Assembly (NCBI GenBank): GCA_003331565.1 | Contig: QOPE01000001.1 | Location: forward strand, 15,823-79,822 | DNA length: 64,000 nt | Direction of reading: 5' to 3' | Origin: SAR86 cluster bacterium | GTDB lineage: Bacteria > Pseudomonadota > Gammaproteobacteria > Magnimaribacterales > D2472 | Shown: positions 18,845-28,370 of the stretch, one piece after another | Numbering within the stretch: the first letter of the stretch is position 1 | Layout: each line of letters opens with the position of its first letter | The notes under the pieces: generated by a model | The model's database searches: none | What the model was told of the DNA's origin: nothing | The model's input: the letters and a program-made list of their open reading frames with translations, nothing else | Program-made: the position numbers and the translations under genes

Positions 18845-19456
18845 CTATTCAATAAATCTTTGTGAAGTTGCCCGTTTAAACGCATCTCGATTAAATAGTT
18901 TTTCTGACCATCGAGCTATATTTGGCTTTAATGCTTCGTTAACATTTAAAGAAGTAGCTAAATAAATAGCATAGCTTACACATATATCAGCTAGAGTGAA
19001 TCGGTCGCTACAAAGGTATTCCCTAGATTCTAACTTTTTTTCTAACAACCTCAGTCTTGCCAAAAACCATCTTTTGTAACCTTCTGCAGCTGCATCAGCC
19101 ACACCTACTTCTTGTAGGGCATATCTTAGGTAAACAGTAAGAGGGAAGGTCAAAGTAGCATCAGAATGCGCAAGCCAATTTAGATAATCAGCATAGTCAT
19201 CTTCATCAGGAGAAACTATTAAATCAGATGGACCATATTGCTCACACAAATAAGTACACATAGCTACTGATTCGGTCATTTCAACTTTTCCATCCTTTAA
19301 ATATGGAACAGTGCCAAGAATATTTATATCTAGATATTCCTTTTTAAAAAATCTTGGTGGAAATGGCAGCATCTCTAACTCATAATCTAAACCCATTTCT
19401 TCTGCAGTCCATAAAGGGCGAACATGCCTTGAATCATTACATCCAAAAATCTTCAT
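18845..19456 (-). CDS. glutathione S-transferase family protein
   Basis: The 203-aa protein has a thioredoxin-like N-domain (GTVPYLKDGKVEMTESVAMCTYL) and a helical C-domain. Confidence 0.75.
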   Translation of the reverse strand: MKIFGCNDSRHVRPLWTAEEMGLDYELEMLPFPPRFFKKEYLDINILGTVPYLKDGKVEMTESVAMCTYLCEQYGPSDLIVSPDEDDYADYLNWLAHSDATLTFPLTVYLRYALQEVGVADAAAEGYKRWFLARLRLLEKKLESREYLCSDRFTLADICVSYAIYLATSLNVNEALKPNIARWSEKLFNRDAFKRATSQRFIE

Positions 19457-19539
19457 AATTTATTCATATCAAAAATATATTAAATTAGCATCTCAGTTCC
19501 AACATATCATTGCAACCTTATTTTGATTAGAATGATCTC

Positions 19540-20547
19540 ATGAAAATTGATGCGCCAATTATCACTAGAGATCCTAGTGATGCCGCAGATTTATCTTCAA
19601 AGATAGAGGCGTCGGGATTTGATGGGCTGTGTACATTTGAAGGTCCTCATGAACCATTCCTGCCGCTCGCAGTTGCGGCATCAAACACTAAAAAGATTAA
19701 TTTAATTACATCCATAGCCATTGCCTTTGCTAGGAATCCTATGCTGTTAGCAAATATTGGTTATGACTTACAGCTCTTATCAAAAGGACGATTTATTATG
19801 GGTCTTGGATCTCAGATCAAACCGCATATAGAAAAACGCTTTTCAATGCCATGGTCTTCTCCAGCAAACAGAATGAGGGAAATGATCCAAGCTATAAAAT
19901 CTATATGGGAATGTTGGGAAAATGGAACCCAGTTAAATTTTAAGGGAGAATTTTATAGTCATACGCTTATGACACCCCTTTTTAATCCTGGAAAACATGA
20001 GTATGGTCTTCCCAGTATATATCTTGCTGGAGTGGGGCCATTGATGACATGTGTAGCAGCAGAAGTTGCTGATGGATTATTGGTCCATCCATTTCATTCA
20101 GTAAAATCTCTTGAAGCCATAACACTTCCTGCAGTAGACAAAGGGCTTAATAAATCAAAAAATAAAAATTTTAAAATTTCAATTGGCGCCATGGTGGCTG
20201 CTGCAGATGATCAGAATGAGCTTGATCAAGCAATTAATGGACTGAGAATGCAGCTTGGTTTTTATGGCTCCACACCTGCCTATAAAGTTGTTCTAGAGGA
20301 GCATGGTTGGGAGAATATACATTTTGAACTTAACAAGCTCTCAAAAAAAGGAGCGTGGGATGAGATGCCAAAACTTATTAATGATGAAATGCTGGAAACA
20401 ATTGCCATTGTCGGAAGTATTAATTCTGCCAAGGATCAGATTCATGAAAGGTACTCTGCAATTGCTGAAAGAGTAGCTCCAACTTTTTTTAATCCTAATG
20501 CTGAAGCACCCTTTAACTTTATAAATGTTTTTAATGAGAGGCCTTAA
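19540..20547 (+). CDS. luciferase-like monooxygenase (LLM) class oxidoreductase, Rv2161c/TIGR03617-like
   Basis: The pattern GFDGLCTFEGPHEPFLPL...IAFARNPMLLA...GRFIMGLGSQIKPHIEKRF resembles that LLM subfamily. Confidence 0.7.
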   Translation: MKIDAPIITRDPSDAADLSSKIEASGFDGLCTFEGPHEPFLPLAVAASNTKKINLITSIAIAFARNPMLLANIGYDLQLLSKGRFIMGLGSQIKPHIEKRFSMPWSSPANRMREMIQAIKSIWECWENGTQLNFKGEFYSHTLMTPLFNPGKHEYGLPSIYLAGVGPLMTCVAAEVADGLLVHPFHSVKSLEAITLPAVDKGLNKSKNKNFKISIGAMVAAADDQNELDQAINGLRMQLGFYGSTPAYKVVLEEHGWENIHFELNKLSKKGAWDEMPKLINDEMLETIAIVGSINSAKDQIHERYSAIAERVAPTFFNPNAEAPFNFINVFNERP

Positions 20548-21027
20548 TTGAAAACTCTACCAGATATATCAGACCTATATCCTCAGATGCTAAATGTCTC
20601 CAATAAAAGATTTCTTCGATATGGCAAATCTAATATTCTTAATGGTGAGATCGAAACTGTTTTCTGTACCGATGATAACAGCCTAGTTAAATCAATTCTG
20701 GCAGAAGATGGTAGAGGAAGGATATTAGTTATTGATGCAGTAGGTGTTAATCATGTTTCCATGATTGGTGATCAAATTGCTGCTGAGGCAGTAAAAAATA
20801 ATTGGCAGGGAGTTGTCTTAAACGGTTACATAAGAGATGTAACAGAGATTAATGATCTTCCAATATCAATAATTGCAAAAGGCAGCGTGTTTAAAAAAAC
20901 TGAAAAATTTGGTCTTGGAAAGAGAGGAGCAATGATTTCCTTTGCAGGATTGATATTTAAACCGGGCTACTGGTTGTACGCAGACGAAAATAATTTTGGG
21001 ATCAGTCGTCAAAAATTAGAATTTTGA
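20548..21027 (+). CDS. rraA: RraA-family protein (RNase E regulator RraA or HMG/CHA-aldolase-type enzyme)
   Basis: It aligns by eye with E. coli RraA along its length (DGRGRILVIDAVG...WQGVVLNGYIRDV...YADENNFGI). The TTG start lies immediately after the LLM stop codon. Confidence 0.7.
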   Translation: MKTLPDISDLYPQMLNVSNKRFLRYGKSNILNGEIETVFCTDDNSLVKSILAEDGRGRILVIDAVGVNHVSMIGDQIAAEAVKNNWQGVVLNGYIRDVTEINDLPISIIAKGSVFKKTEKFGLGKRGAMISFAGLIFKPGYWLYADENNFGISRQKLEF

Positions 21028-21920
21028 TCAATGATCAATTGCTTTTTTTTCCAAATATCATCAACGAAAACCTTAAATTTCTCCCTATAATTATTTGAGC
21101 TTTTATCATGATGATTAATAAGCTCAATCGGTATTTGGTATTTTTTAACTATAATTTTTACATTTTTCATTTCACCACAAGCAAATGCCCATGCTGAGCG
21201 TTTGTCTGTTTCGTAAATCAATGTGAAATCAATTAATTCACTTACCATTTGCATGCCTGAAAGCGCAGTTGCAAGCGCTCCAATTTTTGGATTAAGTAAA
21301 TTTTTATAGTCTGATTTCATTGCCGCTTTCTTGGTGTCTGAGAATCTTGTTCCCTCAGCAAAACTGAATGCTGTTGCTGGATGCCTTGTAAACCTTTTTG
21401 CCGCAATTCTAGAATTTTCAAAATCAATTATTTTTAAGTTAGGATTTTTAGTTATTTCTTCCCTTGAGTGTCGATTCACAAATGGCATATCTATCGTCTT
21501 GTGTACCAAATAAATAAGCGGTATCCATCGCAACTGTTTTTTCATGAAGAATTTTAAAAGCGGAGCTTTATAATTCGCAGAAAAAAGAAGTACAAATATG
21601 TCAGCCCATGACATGTGATTACTGGTGCCCAGGTACCAACTTTTTTTAGAAATCCCTTCAGGAAATTCAATTATCCAATTTGGTCTATGAAGAGGAATTA
21701 ATGAAATTTTCATTGCCCAAACAACAATCTCACCAATTCCATTAGCAATTCCAGTGATAAATTTTTTTATTTTTTTTGAGGGGAGTACGCGAGGCAAACA
21801 AACAATCGAAAGTACAATCAGTCCGATCGAAAGAATAATAATAATTGTGTTAACTGTTAGAACACCAATTATATTTTTATAAAGACTTCTCACCCCGTTT
21901 AACCTCTTCCCAAAGCTCAT
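21009..21920 (-). CDS. membrane-bound acyltransferase (PlsC/YihG-like)
   Basis: It has the H(X)4D motif NHMSWAD, the FAEGTR motif and an N-terminal TM helix. The first codon on the track is TTG at 21923, so I used ATG at 21920. GTG at 21893 is an alternative start. Confidence 0.7.
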   Translation of the reverse strand: MSFGKRLNGVRSLYKNIIGVLTVNTIIIILSIGLIVLSIVCLPRVLPSKKIKKFITGIANGIGEIVVWAMKISLIPLHRPNWIIEFPEGISKKSWYLGTSNHMSWADIFVLLFSANYKAPLLKFFMKKQLRWIPLIYLVHKTIDMPFVNRHSREEITKNPNLKIIDFENSRIAAKRFTRHPATAFSFAEGTRFSDTKKAAMKSDYKNLLNPKIGALATALSGMQMVSELIDFTLIYETDKRSAWAFACGEMKNVKIIVKKYQIPIELINHHDKSSNNYREKFKVFVDDIWKKKQLIIDQNSNF

Positions 21921-22662
21921 CAAGGTCGTCTATATTAGCATTTTCTATGTTTTGATTTCTTTTTTTTGCAATTTCCTCAAGTTTTAAAAACCTTCTGATG
22001 AATTTTTGGTTAGCTGATTCAATTGCTATATCAGGATCAATTTGAAGGTGTTTGGCTAAATTAATTAAGACAAAAAAGAGATCACCTAACTCTTCTTTTG
22101 TCTGGTCTTTTTTATGTTGAATAGATTTTAATTCGTTTAATTCTTCATAGACTTTTTCAAATACATCTTCAGTAGAATCCCAATCAAAATTTTTCTTTGA
22201 GGCTTCTTTTTGAATCTCTTTAGATTTTTGAATTGGAGAAAGAGAGCCTGAAATCGATTCAAAACTTACCTTGTTAGTATTTTGCTTTTTTTCTTTCTCT
22301 TTTATTTCATCCCACAGCTTTGATTGCTCATCTGCTGAAATCTTTAGATCAAAATCCGGATCAAAAACATTTGGGTGTCTTGTTATTAGTTTTTTGCTCA
22401 AAACCTCAATAACATCATTAAAATCAAAATCATTATTTTCTTTTGCAATCTGTGAGTGAAAGATTACTTGAAGCAAGACATCGCCAAGCTCTTCTTTTAT
22501 ATTTTCCTGATCATTTTTGGCAATAGCTGCAACCAACTCATAGGCTTCTTCTATGGAGCAATGTGCGATTGAGTTGTGATCCTGTTTTATATCCCATGGA
22601 CAACCCTTATCTTTATCTCGAAGCCTTTCCATCAGCTCGAGAAGAGGATCAATATCAGCCAA
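21877..22662 (-). CDS. mazG: nucleoside triphosphate pyrophosphohydrolase MazG
   Basis: It has tandem MazG domains with EELGDVLLQV and EELGDLFFVL (EExxD/E) motifs and is 261 aa. Confidence 0.88.
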   Translation of the reverse strand: MADIDPLLELMERLRDKDKGCPWDIKQDHNSIAHCSIEEAYELVAAIAKNDQENIKEELGDVLLQVIFHSQIAKENNDFDFNDVIEVLSKKLITRHPNVFDPDFDLKISADEQSKLWDEIKEKEKKQNTNKVSFESISGSLSPIQKSKEIQKEASKKNFDWDSTEDVFEKVYEELNELKSIQHKKDQTKEELGDLFFVLINLAKHLQIDPDIAIESANQKFIRRFLKLEEIAKKRNQNIENANIDDLDELWEEVKRGEKSL

Positions 22663-22663
22663 C

Positions 22664-23803
22664 TTAGTAGCCGCTTATATCTGCGTATCTAGACTTATGA
22701 TAAGTTGAGGAACCAAAAATTTGTTCTGCCACTCTTGCACGTTTTAGATAAAAGCCAATGTCATACTCATCTGTAACACCAATACCACCATGCATTTGGA
22801 TTGATTCATTGCTTACTGTGTGCAAGGTTGTACCAGCTTGAAATTTTGCCAGGCTTGATAGCCTTTCAAGCTCATTAGAGTTTTCATCTGCAGCATGCAT
22901 TGCAGCTATTACAGCTGATTTTGTTAACTCGATTTCACAAAACATTTTTGCTGCTCTATGTTGCAAAGCCTGAAATGACCCAATCAGCACACCAAACTGC
23001 TTTCTTTCCTTAAGATAATTTAAAGTTATTGCAAATGCTTCCTCGGTATTTCCTAGCATTTCCGCTGACATTGCAATTCTTCCAAAATCCAAAACTTTTT
23101 GAATTTGGTCAGAAGCACCATCAATCTCGCCAAGGATTGCCTCAGCTGAAATTGTTACATCTTCAAATGAAATATTTGCATAATTTCTTGAATCTGCAGT
23201 TGGTACTTTTCTTCTATTTATACCCTTTAAACTAGGATCTACAATGAATGCTGATAATCCTTGGGCATCACCTTTGTTACCAGAAGTTCTAGCTATAACA
23301 ATCAAAAGATCAGCACTTGAACCATCAATTACAAAAACCTTTTCTCCATTGATGACCCATCCATCATTATTTTTTTCAGCGGTAAGCTCTGTATTTGCAG
23401 GTTCATGATGTGATCCCTCGTCAATTGCTAGAGCAGTCGTCAGCTTACCTTCAAGAATTTTTCCAAGAAGTTCTTCTTTTTGAGACTCGGAACCCATTTG
23501 ATTGATCGAAGTAACGCCTAATACACCTGTAGCAAATAAGGGAGAGGGAACTAGAGTTTTGCCTAACTCTTGAAGCACCACGCTTATGCCTGCAAGACCA
23601 AACTCTGAACCTCCATATTTCTCTGGAATAAGAATGCTTGTCCAGCCAAGCTCAACCATTTCATTCCATAGACCTTCATCCCAAGAATTTGGATGATCTT
23701 CATCTCTGAGTTTTCTTAAGTGAGATACCGGAGCTTTATCTTTTGCGAAGTTTGAAGCAGTATCTTTTAAAAACTGTAATTCTTCATTTAAGACTAGTTT
23801 CAT
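22664..23803 (-). CDS. acyl-CoA dehydrogenase family protein (small, probably non-catalytic partner)
   Basis: ACAD fold is indicated by IQMHGGIGVT. It reads LDFGRIAM and IFGSSTYH at the two catalytic-base positions, so neither has a Glu (manual alignment). Confidence 0.8.
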   Translation of the reverse strand: MKLVLNEELQFLKDTASNFAKDKAPVSHLRKLRDEDHPNSWDEGLWNEMVELGWTSILIPEKYGGSEFGLAGISVVLQELGKTLVPSPLFATGVLGVTSINQMGSESQKEELLGKILEGKLTTALAIDEGSHHEPANTELTAEKNNDGWVINGEKVFVIDGSSADLLIVIARTSGNKGDAQGLSAFIVDPSLKGINRRKVPTADSRNYANISFEDVTISAEAILGEIDGASDQIQKVLDFGRIAMSAEMLGNTEEAFAITLNYLKERKQFGVLIGSFQALQHRAAKMFCEIELTKSAVIAAMHAADENSNELERLSSLAKFQAGTTLHTVSNESIQMHGGIGVTDEYDIGFYLKRARVAEQIFGSSTYHKSRYADISGY

Positions 23804-23815
23804 ATTAATCCTTTA

Positions 23816-25006
23816 TTAAGCAGGAAGATCTAAAACTCTTTTAGCGATTACATTTAATTGAACTTCAGAAGTGCCGCCCTCAATTGAGTTTGCTTTTGTT
23901 CTCAACCATGCCCTTGTAATAGCTTTCTCTTTAGATTCAGCTTCATCACCATCCCAAATAAAACCTTTGTTACCCATGGCTTCTATCATGAGTTCATATC
24001 TGTTTTTATTATGCTCTGTCCCGTAGTATTTAAATATTGATGATGCAGCTGAGGCTTTTCCACCTTCATCGCCAGCTCTTTGGAGAGTTAAACCGAAGGA
24101 ATGCTCTTTCATCTTATGCTCAGTTACTCTTGATCTAAAATCTAGATCTGCAATTTTTCCATTTTCTTCACCAAGATATGTTTTTGCGAGTCCTACTACG
24201 CCTTTAGTCTTAGATCCATCACCACCACCTGCAGCAAGCCCAAAGTTTGATATAAAGTTTCTTTCATGTTGAAGGAGCTTCTTTGCAATGGTCCAGCCTT
24301 GATTCTCTTTTCCAATCAAGTTTTCTTTTGGGACTTTCACATTATCAAAAAAAGTTTCACAAAATGGAGACTTTCCACTGATTAAGGTTATAGGTTTTGT
24401 AGTAACCCCAGGATCAGCCATATCAATTAATAAAAAACTAATACCACTATGTTTTGGTTCTTTTGGACCAGTTCTGACTAGAGCAAATATCCAATCAGCC
24501 TGATCAGCATATGATGTCCAAACTTTTTGGCCATTTACTAGATAATGATCACCCATATCTTCAGCTTTTGTTGAGAGAGAAGCTAAATCAGAACCTGATC
24601 CTGGTTCGGAGTAACCCTGGCACCATCTAATTTCACCTTTAAGTATTTTTGGTATGTGTTCCATTTTTTGAGCTTCATTACCGTATTCAATTATTACTGG
24701 AGCCAACATCCAAATACCAAAACTATTAAGTGCAGGTCTTGCTCCAATTTTAAAGAGTTCAGAGTTAAGAATTTTAATTTCATCACTGTTTAGACCGCCC
24801 CCACCATATTCCTTAGGTAATGCTGGAGCAGTCCATCCTTTTCCACCCATTTTATCTAGCCATATTTTTGATTCAGGATTTTTGTAAATAGCGTTCCTGC
24901 CACCCCAGACAACTTCGTCTTCAACCATTGGAGTTCTCATGGATGGAGGACAGTTTTCTTCTAACCACTCACTAACTTCAGCTCTAAAATTTTCTAAATT
25001 ACTCAT
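23816..25006 (-). CDS. acyl-CoA dehydrogenase (large subunit)
   Basis: ACAD motifs are CQGYSEPGSGSDLA, KVWTS, NQGW...LLQHERNF and IEGGTSEVQLNVI. Confidence 0.88.
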   Translation of the reverse strand: MSNLENFRAEVSEWLEENCPPSMRTPMVEDEVVWGGRNAIYKNPESKIWLDKMGGKGWTAPALPKEYGGGGLNSDEIKILNSELFKIGARPALNSFGIWMLAPVIIEYGNEAQKMEHIPKILKGEIRWCQGYSEPGSGSDLASLSTKAEDMGDHYLVNGQKVWTSYADQADWIFALVRTGPKEPKHSGISFLLIDMADPGVTTKPITLISGKSPFCETFFDNVKVPKENLIGKENQGWTIAKKLLQHERNFISNFGLAAGGGDGSKTKGVVGLAKTYLGEENGKIADLDFRSRVTEHKMKEHSFGLTLQRAGDEGGKASAASSIFKYYGTEHNKNRYELMIEAMGNKGFIWDGDEAESKEKAITRAWLRTKANSIEGGTSEVQLNVIAKRVLDLPA

Positions 25007-25091
25007 ACAGTTTGTTTCCTAGATTATTTACTTGATAAATTGAAGAGTTATTATAATCAAAAGATTAAATTAATTGTAATAAGGAATAGTT

Positions 25092-26135
25092 ATGAAAGCC
25101 TATCAAGTCGAAGAGCCAGGAAAACCTTTAGTTTGTAATGAAGTTGAAACACCGAACCCGCAAGGCAAAGAAGTTTTAGTAAAAACTATTAGTTGTGGAG
25201 TTTGTCACTCTGATGTTCACATTCATGAGGGCGCATTTAATCTTGGGGGTGGTAATAAGCTTGAACTGCCTCTGGAGAGGCCTTACACCCTTGGACATGA
25301 AGTATTTGGAGAAGTTATTGCCTGTGGAGATGATGCTACTGTTGAAATCGGATCTAAATTTGTTGTGTATCCGTGGATTGGATGTGGAGAATGTGAGCTG
25401 TGCAAAAAAGGGGATGAGCATCTTTGTAATCTAGCTCAAAACATAGGTGTGCAGATGCCAGGTGGTTTTGGAGATCACATTTTAGTGCCTGATCAGAAAT
25501 ACTTACATGAGGCTGGGGACATAGAGCCTCATCTCGCAGGAAGCTATGCATGCTCAGGTTTAACTGCATATAGCGCTTTAAAAAAAGGCTTACCTTATTC
25601 ATCCGATAATAAAGCAATTATTTTGGGGGTTGGTGGAGTTGGCATGATGGGATTACAAATAGCAAAATCTGCGTTTAATGTTAATCCAATCGTTATCGAT
25701 GTTGATGATGAAAAACTTGAGATAGCATTGAGTAATGGTGCTTCAAAAGCATTTAACTCTACTAAAGAAGAATCATTAATGGAGATCCTTGAATATACTG
25801 AGGGTGGTGCAATGACGTTAATAGATTTTGTTGGCTCAGAGTTATCAGCGGGTTTTGGAACCAATCTTTTAGCCAAGGGCGGTAAATACATTATCGTGGG
25901 TCTTTATGGTGGCGAATTAAAAATGCCACTACCCTTAATCCCAATCATGGAGAGAACCATTCAGGGCTCATATGTTGGAAGCCCCGTAGATATGGAAGAA
26001 TTGATGGAGCTAGTTCGTGCAAATAAAATTGATCCAATACCAGTCGAGAAGAGAAATGCATCTGAGGCTTACCAGACTCTCTTAGATCTCAAAGATGGAA
26101 AAATAATTGGAAGAGCAGCATTAATGCATGATTAG
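25092..26135 (+). CDS. zinc-dependent alcohol dehydrogenase (MDR family)
   Basis: Catalytic zinc ligands are GVCHSDVH and GHEVFGEV, the structural zinc loop is CGECELCKKGDEHLC, and the Rossmann motif is GVGGVG. Confidence 0.88.
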   Translation: MKAYQVEEPGKPLVCNEVETPNPQGKEVLVKTISCGVCHSDVHIHEGAFNLGGGNKLELPLERPYTLGHEVFGEVIACGDDATVEIGSKFVVYPWIGCGECELCKKGDEHLCNLAQNIGVQMPGGFGDHILVPDQKYLHEAGDIEPHLAGSYACSGLTAYSALKKGLPYSSDNKAIILGVGGVGMMGLQIAKSAFNVNPIVIDVDDEKLEIALSNGASKAFNSTKEESLMEILEYTEGGAMTLIDFVGSELSAGFGTNLLAKGGKYIIVGLYGGELKMPLPLIPIMERTIQGSYVGSPVDMEELMELVRANKIDPIPVEKRNASEAYQTLLDLKDGKIIGRAALMHD

Positions 26136-26878
26136 CCAAGATTAATCTTTGAAATAACCTCATTAATTTTTTTATTAATAACTATATCGGCTAACCCATC
26201 GTAAGGAGTCTCGTCATTATTAATAATGGCAAGCTTTGCATTGTTTTCTAATGCAATCTTTGGAAGAGAAGCGACAGGTTGAACAACAAGTGATGATCCC
26301 AGCACTAAAAATAAATCACAATCTACAGTTAAATTCTGAGCATTAATAAGATCATCTGCATTCATCGGCTGACCAAATGAAATGGTAGCGACTTTTATTA
26401 AGCCTGAGCACTCATTACAGGCTGGAATCGGTTCGTTATTTCTTACGGCATCATGAAAAATTTTCAAAGAATATTTTTTTTTACATTCAAGACATTTTGC
26501 AGATGTTGCATTTCCGTGAATTTCAATAATATTAGTATTTTTTTGGAATACTCTTTGATGCAAACCATCGATATTTTGAGTTACTAGAAAATTATCTTTG
26601 TTGAGATCTAATAATTTTGAAACAAATCGATGTCCCTCATTAGGATTAATTTTCTCTAGCAACTTATTTAATTCAATATTTCTTTCCCATGAAAGAATTC
26701 TCGACTGCTCACTTTTTATAAAATCATTGAAATAAATTGGTTTATTTGATTTCCAAAAACCATTATCACTCCTGAAATCTGGTAATCCGGAGTCGGTACT
26801 AATGCCTGCACCAGTAAGAATAATGATGCGGTTTGAGTTTTTAATAAGATTTGATAATTCTTGAATTCTATTACTCAT
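26132..26878 (-). CDS. cobB: NAD-dependent protein deacylase, Sir2/CobB family
   Basis: It has GAGISTDSGLPDFRS, QNIDGLH, a zinc ribbon (CLECKKKY...CNECSG) and catalytic HG. The size is 248 aa. Confidence 0.88.
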   Translation of the reverse strand: MSNRIQELSNLIKNSNRIIILTGAGISTDSGLPDFRSDNGFWKSNKPIYFNDFIKSEQSRILSWERNIELNKLLEKINPNEGHRFVSKLLDLNKDNFLVTQNIDGLHQRVFQKNTNIIEIHGNATSAKCLECKKKYSLKIFHDAVRNNEPIPACNECSGLIKVATISFGQPMNADDLINAQNLTVDCDLFLVLGSSLVVQPVASLPKIALENNAKLAIINNDETPYDGLADIVINKKINEVISKINLG

Positions 26879-26913
26879 AAGGAATAAATGCCTAGAGTAG
26901 TTATAATACGCGC

Positions 26914-27780
26914 ATGTTTAAAAAAATAGGCTTAATTTTTAAGAATTCTCTTTCAGATAATGATAAGAATAGTCTTAAGCAATTAATACCAGTCTTAATA
27001 AAATCAGACTGTACTATTTATGTTGAGGAAGAAATTAATTTTGATGGGAATTTTGCGACTGAAGTATTAAATGATTTTCCGAAGACCCTAGATCTGTTGA
27101 TTGTATTTGGTGGGGATGGAACTTTCCTTGGCTCAGCTCGAAAATTTTTAGAGTTTGAAATACCCATGTTGGGAGTTAATTTTGGCAGCGTTGGGTTTTT
27201 AACCGATATAAGTGTTGAGGGTTTTGAAGAAACTATTAAAGATATTTTATCTGGTAGGCATATTATAGAAGAAAGAGATTTGGTAAGAGTCTCATTTTCT
27301 AATCAGACATACTTCGGCTTGAATGAAGTCCTTATTCATTCGGGCTCATATGCTCAATTGATGAGGTATAAGCTAAAAATTGGTGAGAGGGTTGTTTATG
27401 AGCAGCGCTCTGATGGACTTATTATAGCGACTCCAACAGGTTCCTCAGCCTATGCATTATCTGCTGGAGGTCCAATTATTGATCCCGAACTATCTGTCTT
27501 TAATATAATTCCCATGATGTCTCAAAGTTTATCTTCAAGGGCTCTTGTGTCTCCAAACAAAAAAGATATTTCAGTTGAAATAATGGATGGTCCTCTTGAG
27601 CATGGAATGATATGTGTTGATGGTCAAGAAAATATCCAAGTTAACTTTGGCGATGAAATTTTAATATCTAAGAATGAAATTAAATTAAAAATTGTCCATC
27701 CAAAAAATAATAATTTTTATGAATCTTGTAGAGAGAAGTTGGGATGGAGTCTTGATATTACCAATACCAAGCCATCTTGA
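26914..27780 (+). CDS. nadK: NAD kinase
   Basis: It has the GGDGT motif (VFGGDGTFLG) and the TPTGSSAYALSAGGPI segment. Confidence 0.9.
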   Translation: MFKKIGLIFKNSLSDNDKNSLKQLIPVLIKSDCTIYVEEEINFDGNFATEVLNDFPKTLDLLIVFGGDGTFLGSARKFLEFEIPMLGVNFGSVGFLTDISVEGFEETIKDILSGRHIIEERDLVRVSFSNQTYFGLNEVLIHSGSYAQLMRYKLKIGERVVYEQRSDGLIIATPTGSSAYALSAGGPIIDPELSVFNIIPMMSQSLSSRALVSPNKKDISVEIMDGPLEHGMICVDGQENIQVNFGDEILISKNEIKLKIVHPKNNNFYESCREKLGWSLDITNTKPS

Positions 27781-28370
27781 GACTATCTCTTTCAAACATT
27801 CTTATATTTATAGCGATTCTCTTAAGCCTAGTTACCTTTTTTGGACAAAACCAACTCACTTTTTATTTAACTTTTTTAAAGGCAGACATAGCAAATGGCT
27901 TTTTAAGCTTTAGTTCGTTTGAAAAGACATATTTCATAGATTATGAATTTTGGAGATTAATATCTCCAATCTTTATTCATTTCTCAGTGGCTCATTTAGC
28001 ATTTAATTCGCTATGGGTTTATATTTTGGGAACTAGAATTGAAAATTTAGAGGGCTTTAAAAAGTTAATTCTTCTTATCATTTTTTCAGGAAGTCTCAGC
28101 AATTTTGCTGAATCTGCTGCATCAGGAGCCGTTATATTTGGCGGCTTGTCAGGTTGTGTTTACGGTTTGCTAGGTTATTGTTATATCAAAGAGTTTATTC
28201 AAAAAAGATTTTCTTTTGGAATGCCTCCAGCAATATATATTTTTATGATTGTTTGGCTTGCATTGGGATACCTTGATATCCTGAATCTTTTTGGTTTTGG
28301 GAAAATTGCAAACACTGCTCATTTGACTGGACTGATTTGCGGTATATTATTTGCACTAATTAAAAAATGA
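27777..28370 (+). CDS. rhomboid-family intramembrane serine protease
   Basis: It is polytopic, with catalytic Ser in GGLSGCVYG and His in AHLTGLICG. The TTG start overlaps the nadK TGA (TTGA), and no in-frame ATG precedes the conserved core. Confidence 0.8.
   Translation: MRLSLSNILIFIAILLSLVTFFGQNQLTFYLTFLKADIANGFLSFSSFEKTYFIDYEFWRLISPIFIHFSVAHLAFNSLWVYILGTRIENLEGFKKLILLIIFSGSLSNFAESAASGAVIFGGLSGCVYGLLGYCYIKEFIQKRFSFGMPPAIYIFMIVWLALGYLDILNLFGFGKIANTAHLTGLICGILFALIKK

Noticed and set aside
21877-22662. MazG could be part of a mazEF toxin-antitoxin or abortive-infection module.
   Set aside because: No mazE/mazF-like small ORFs are adjacent. The gene is the standard two-domain chromosomal MazG, embedded in an operon-like run with ACAD and acyltransferase genes.
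26132-26878. The Sir2-domain protein could be a candidate anti-phage NADase (Thoeris ThsA or DSR-like).
   Set aside because: It is a 248-aa canonical CobB-type sirtuin with GAGISTDSGLPDFRS, QNIDGLH, a Cys4 zinc ribbon and catalytic His. It has no extra sensor or effector domain and no partner gene, and it is flanked by housekeeping genes.
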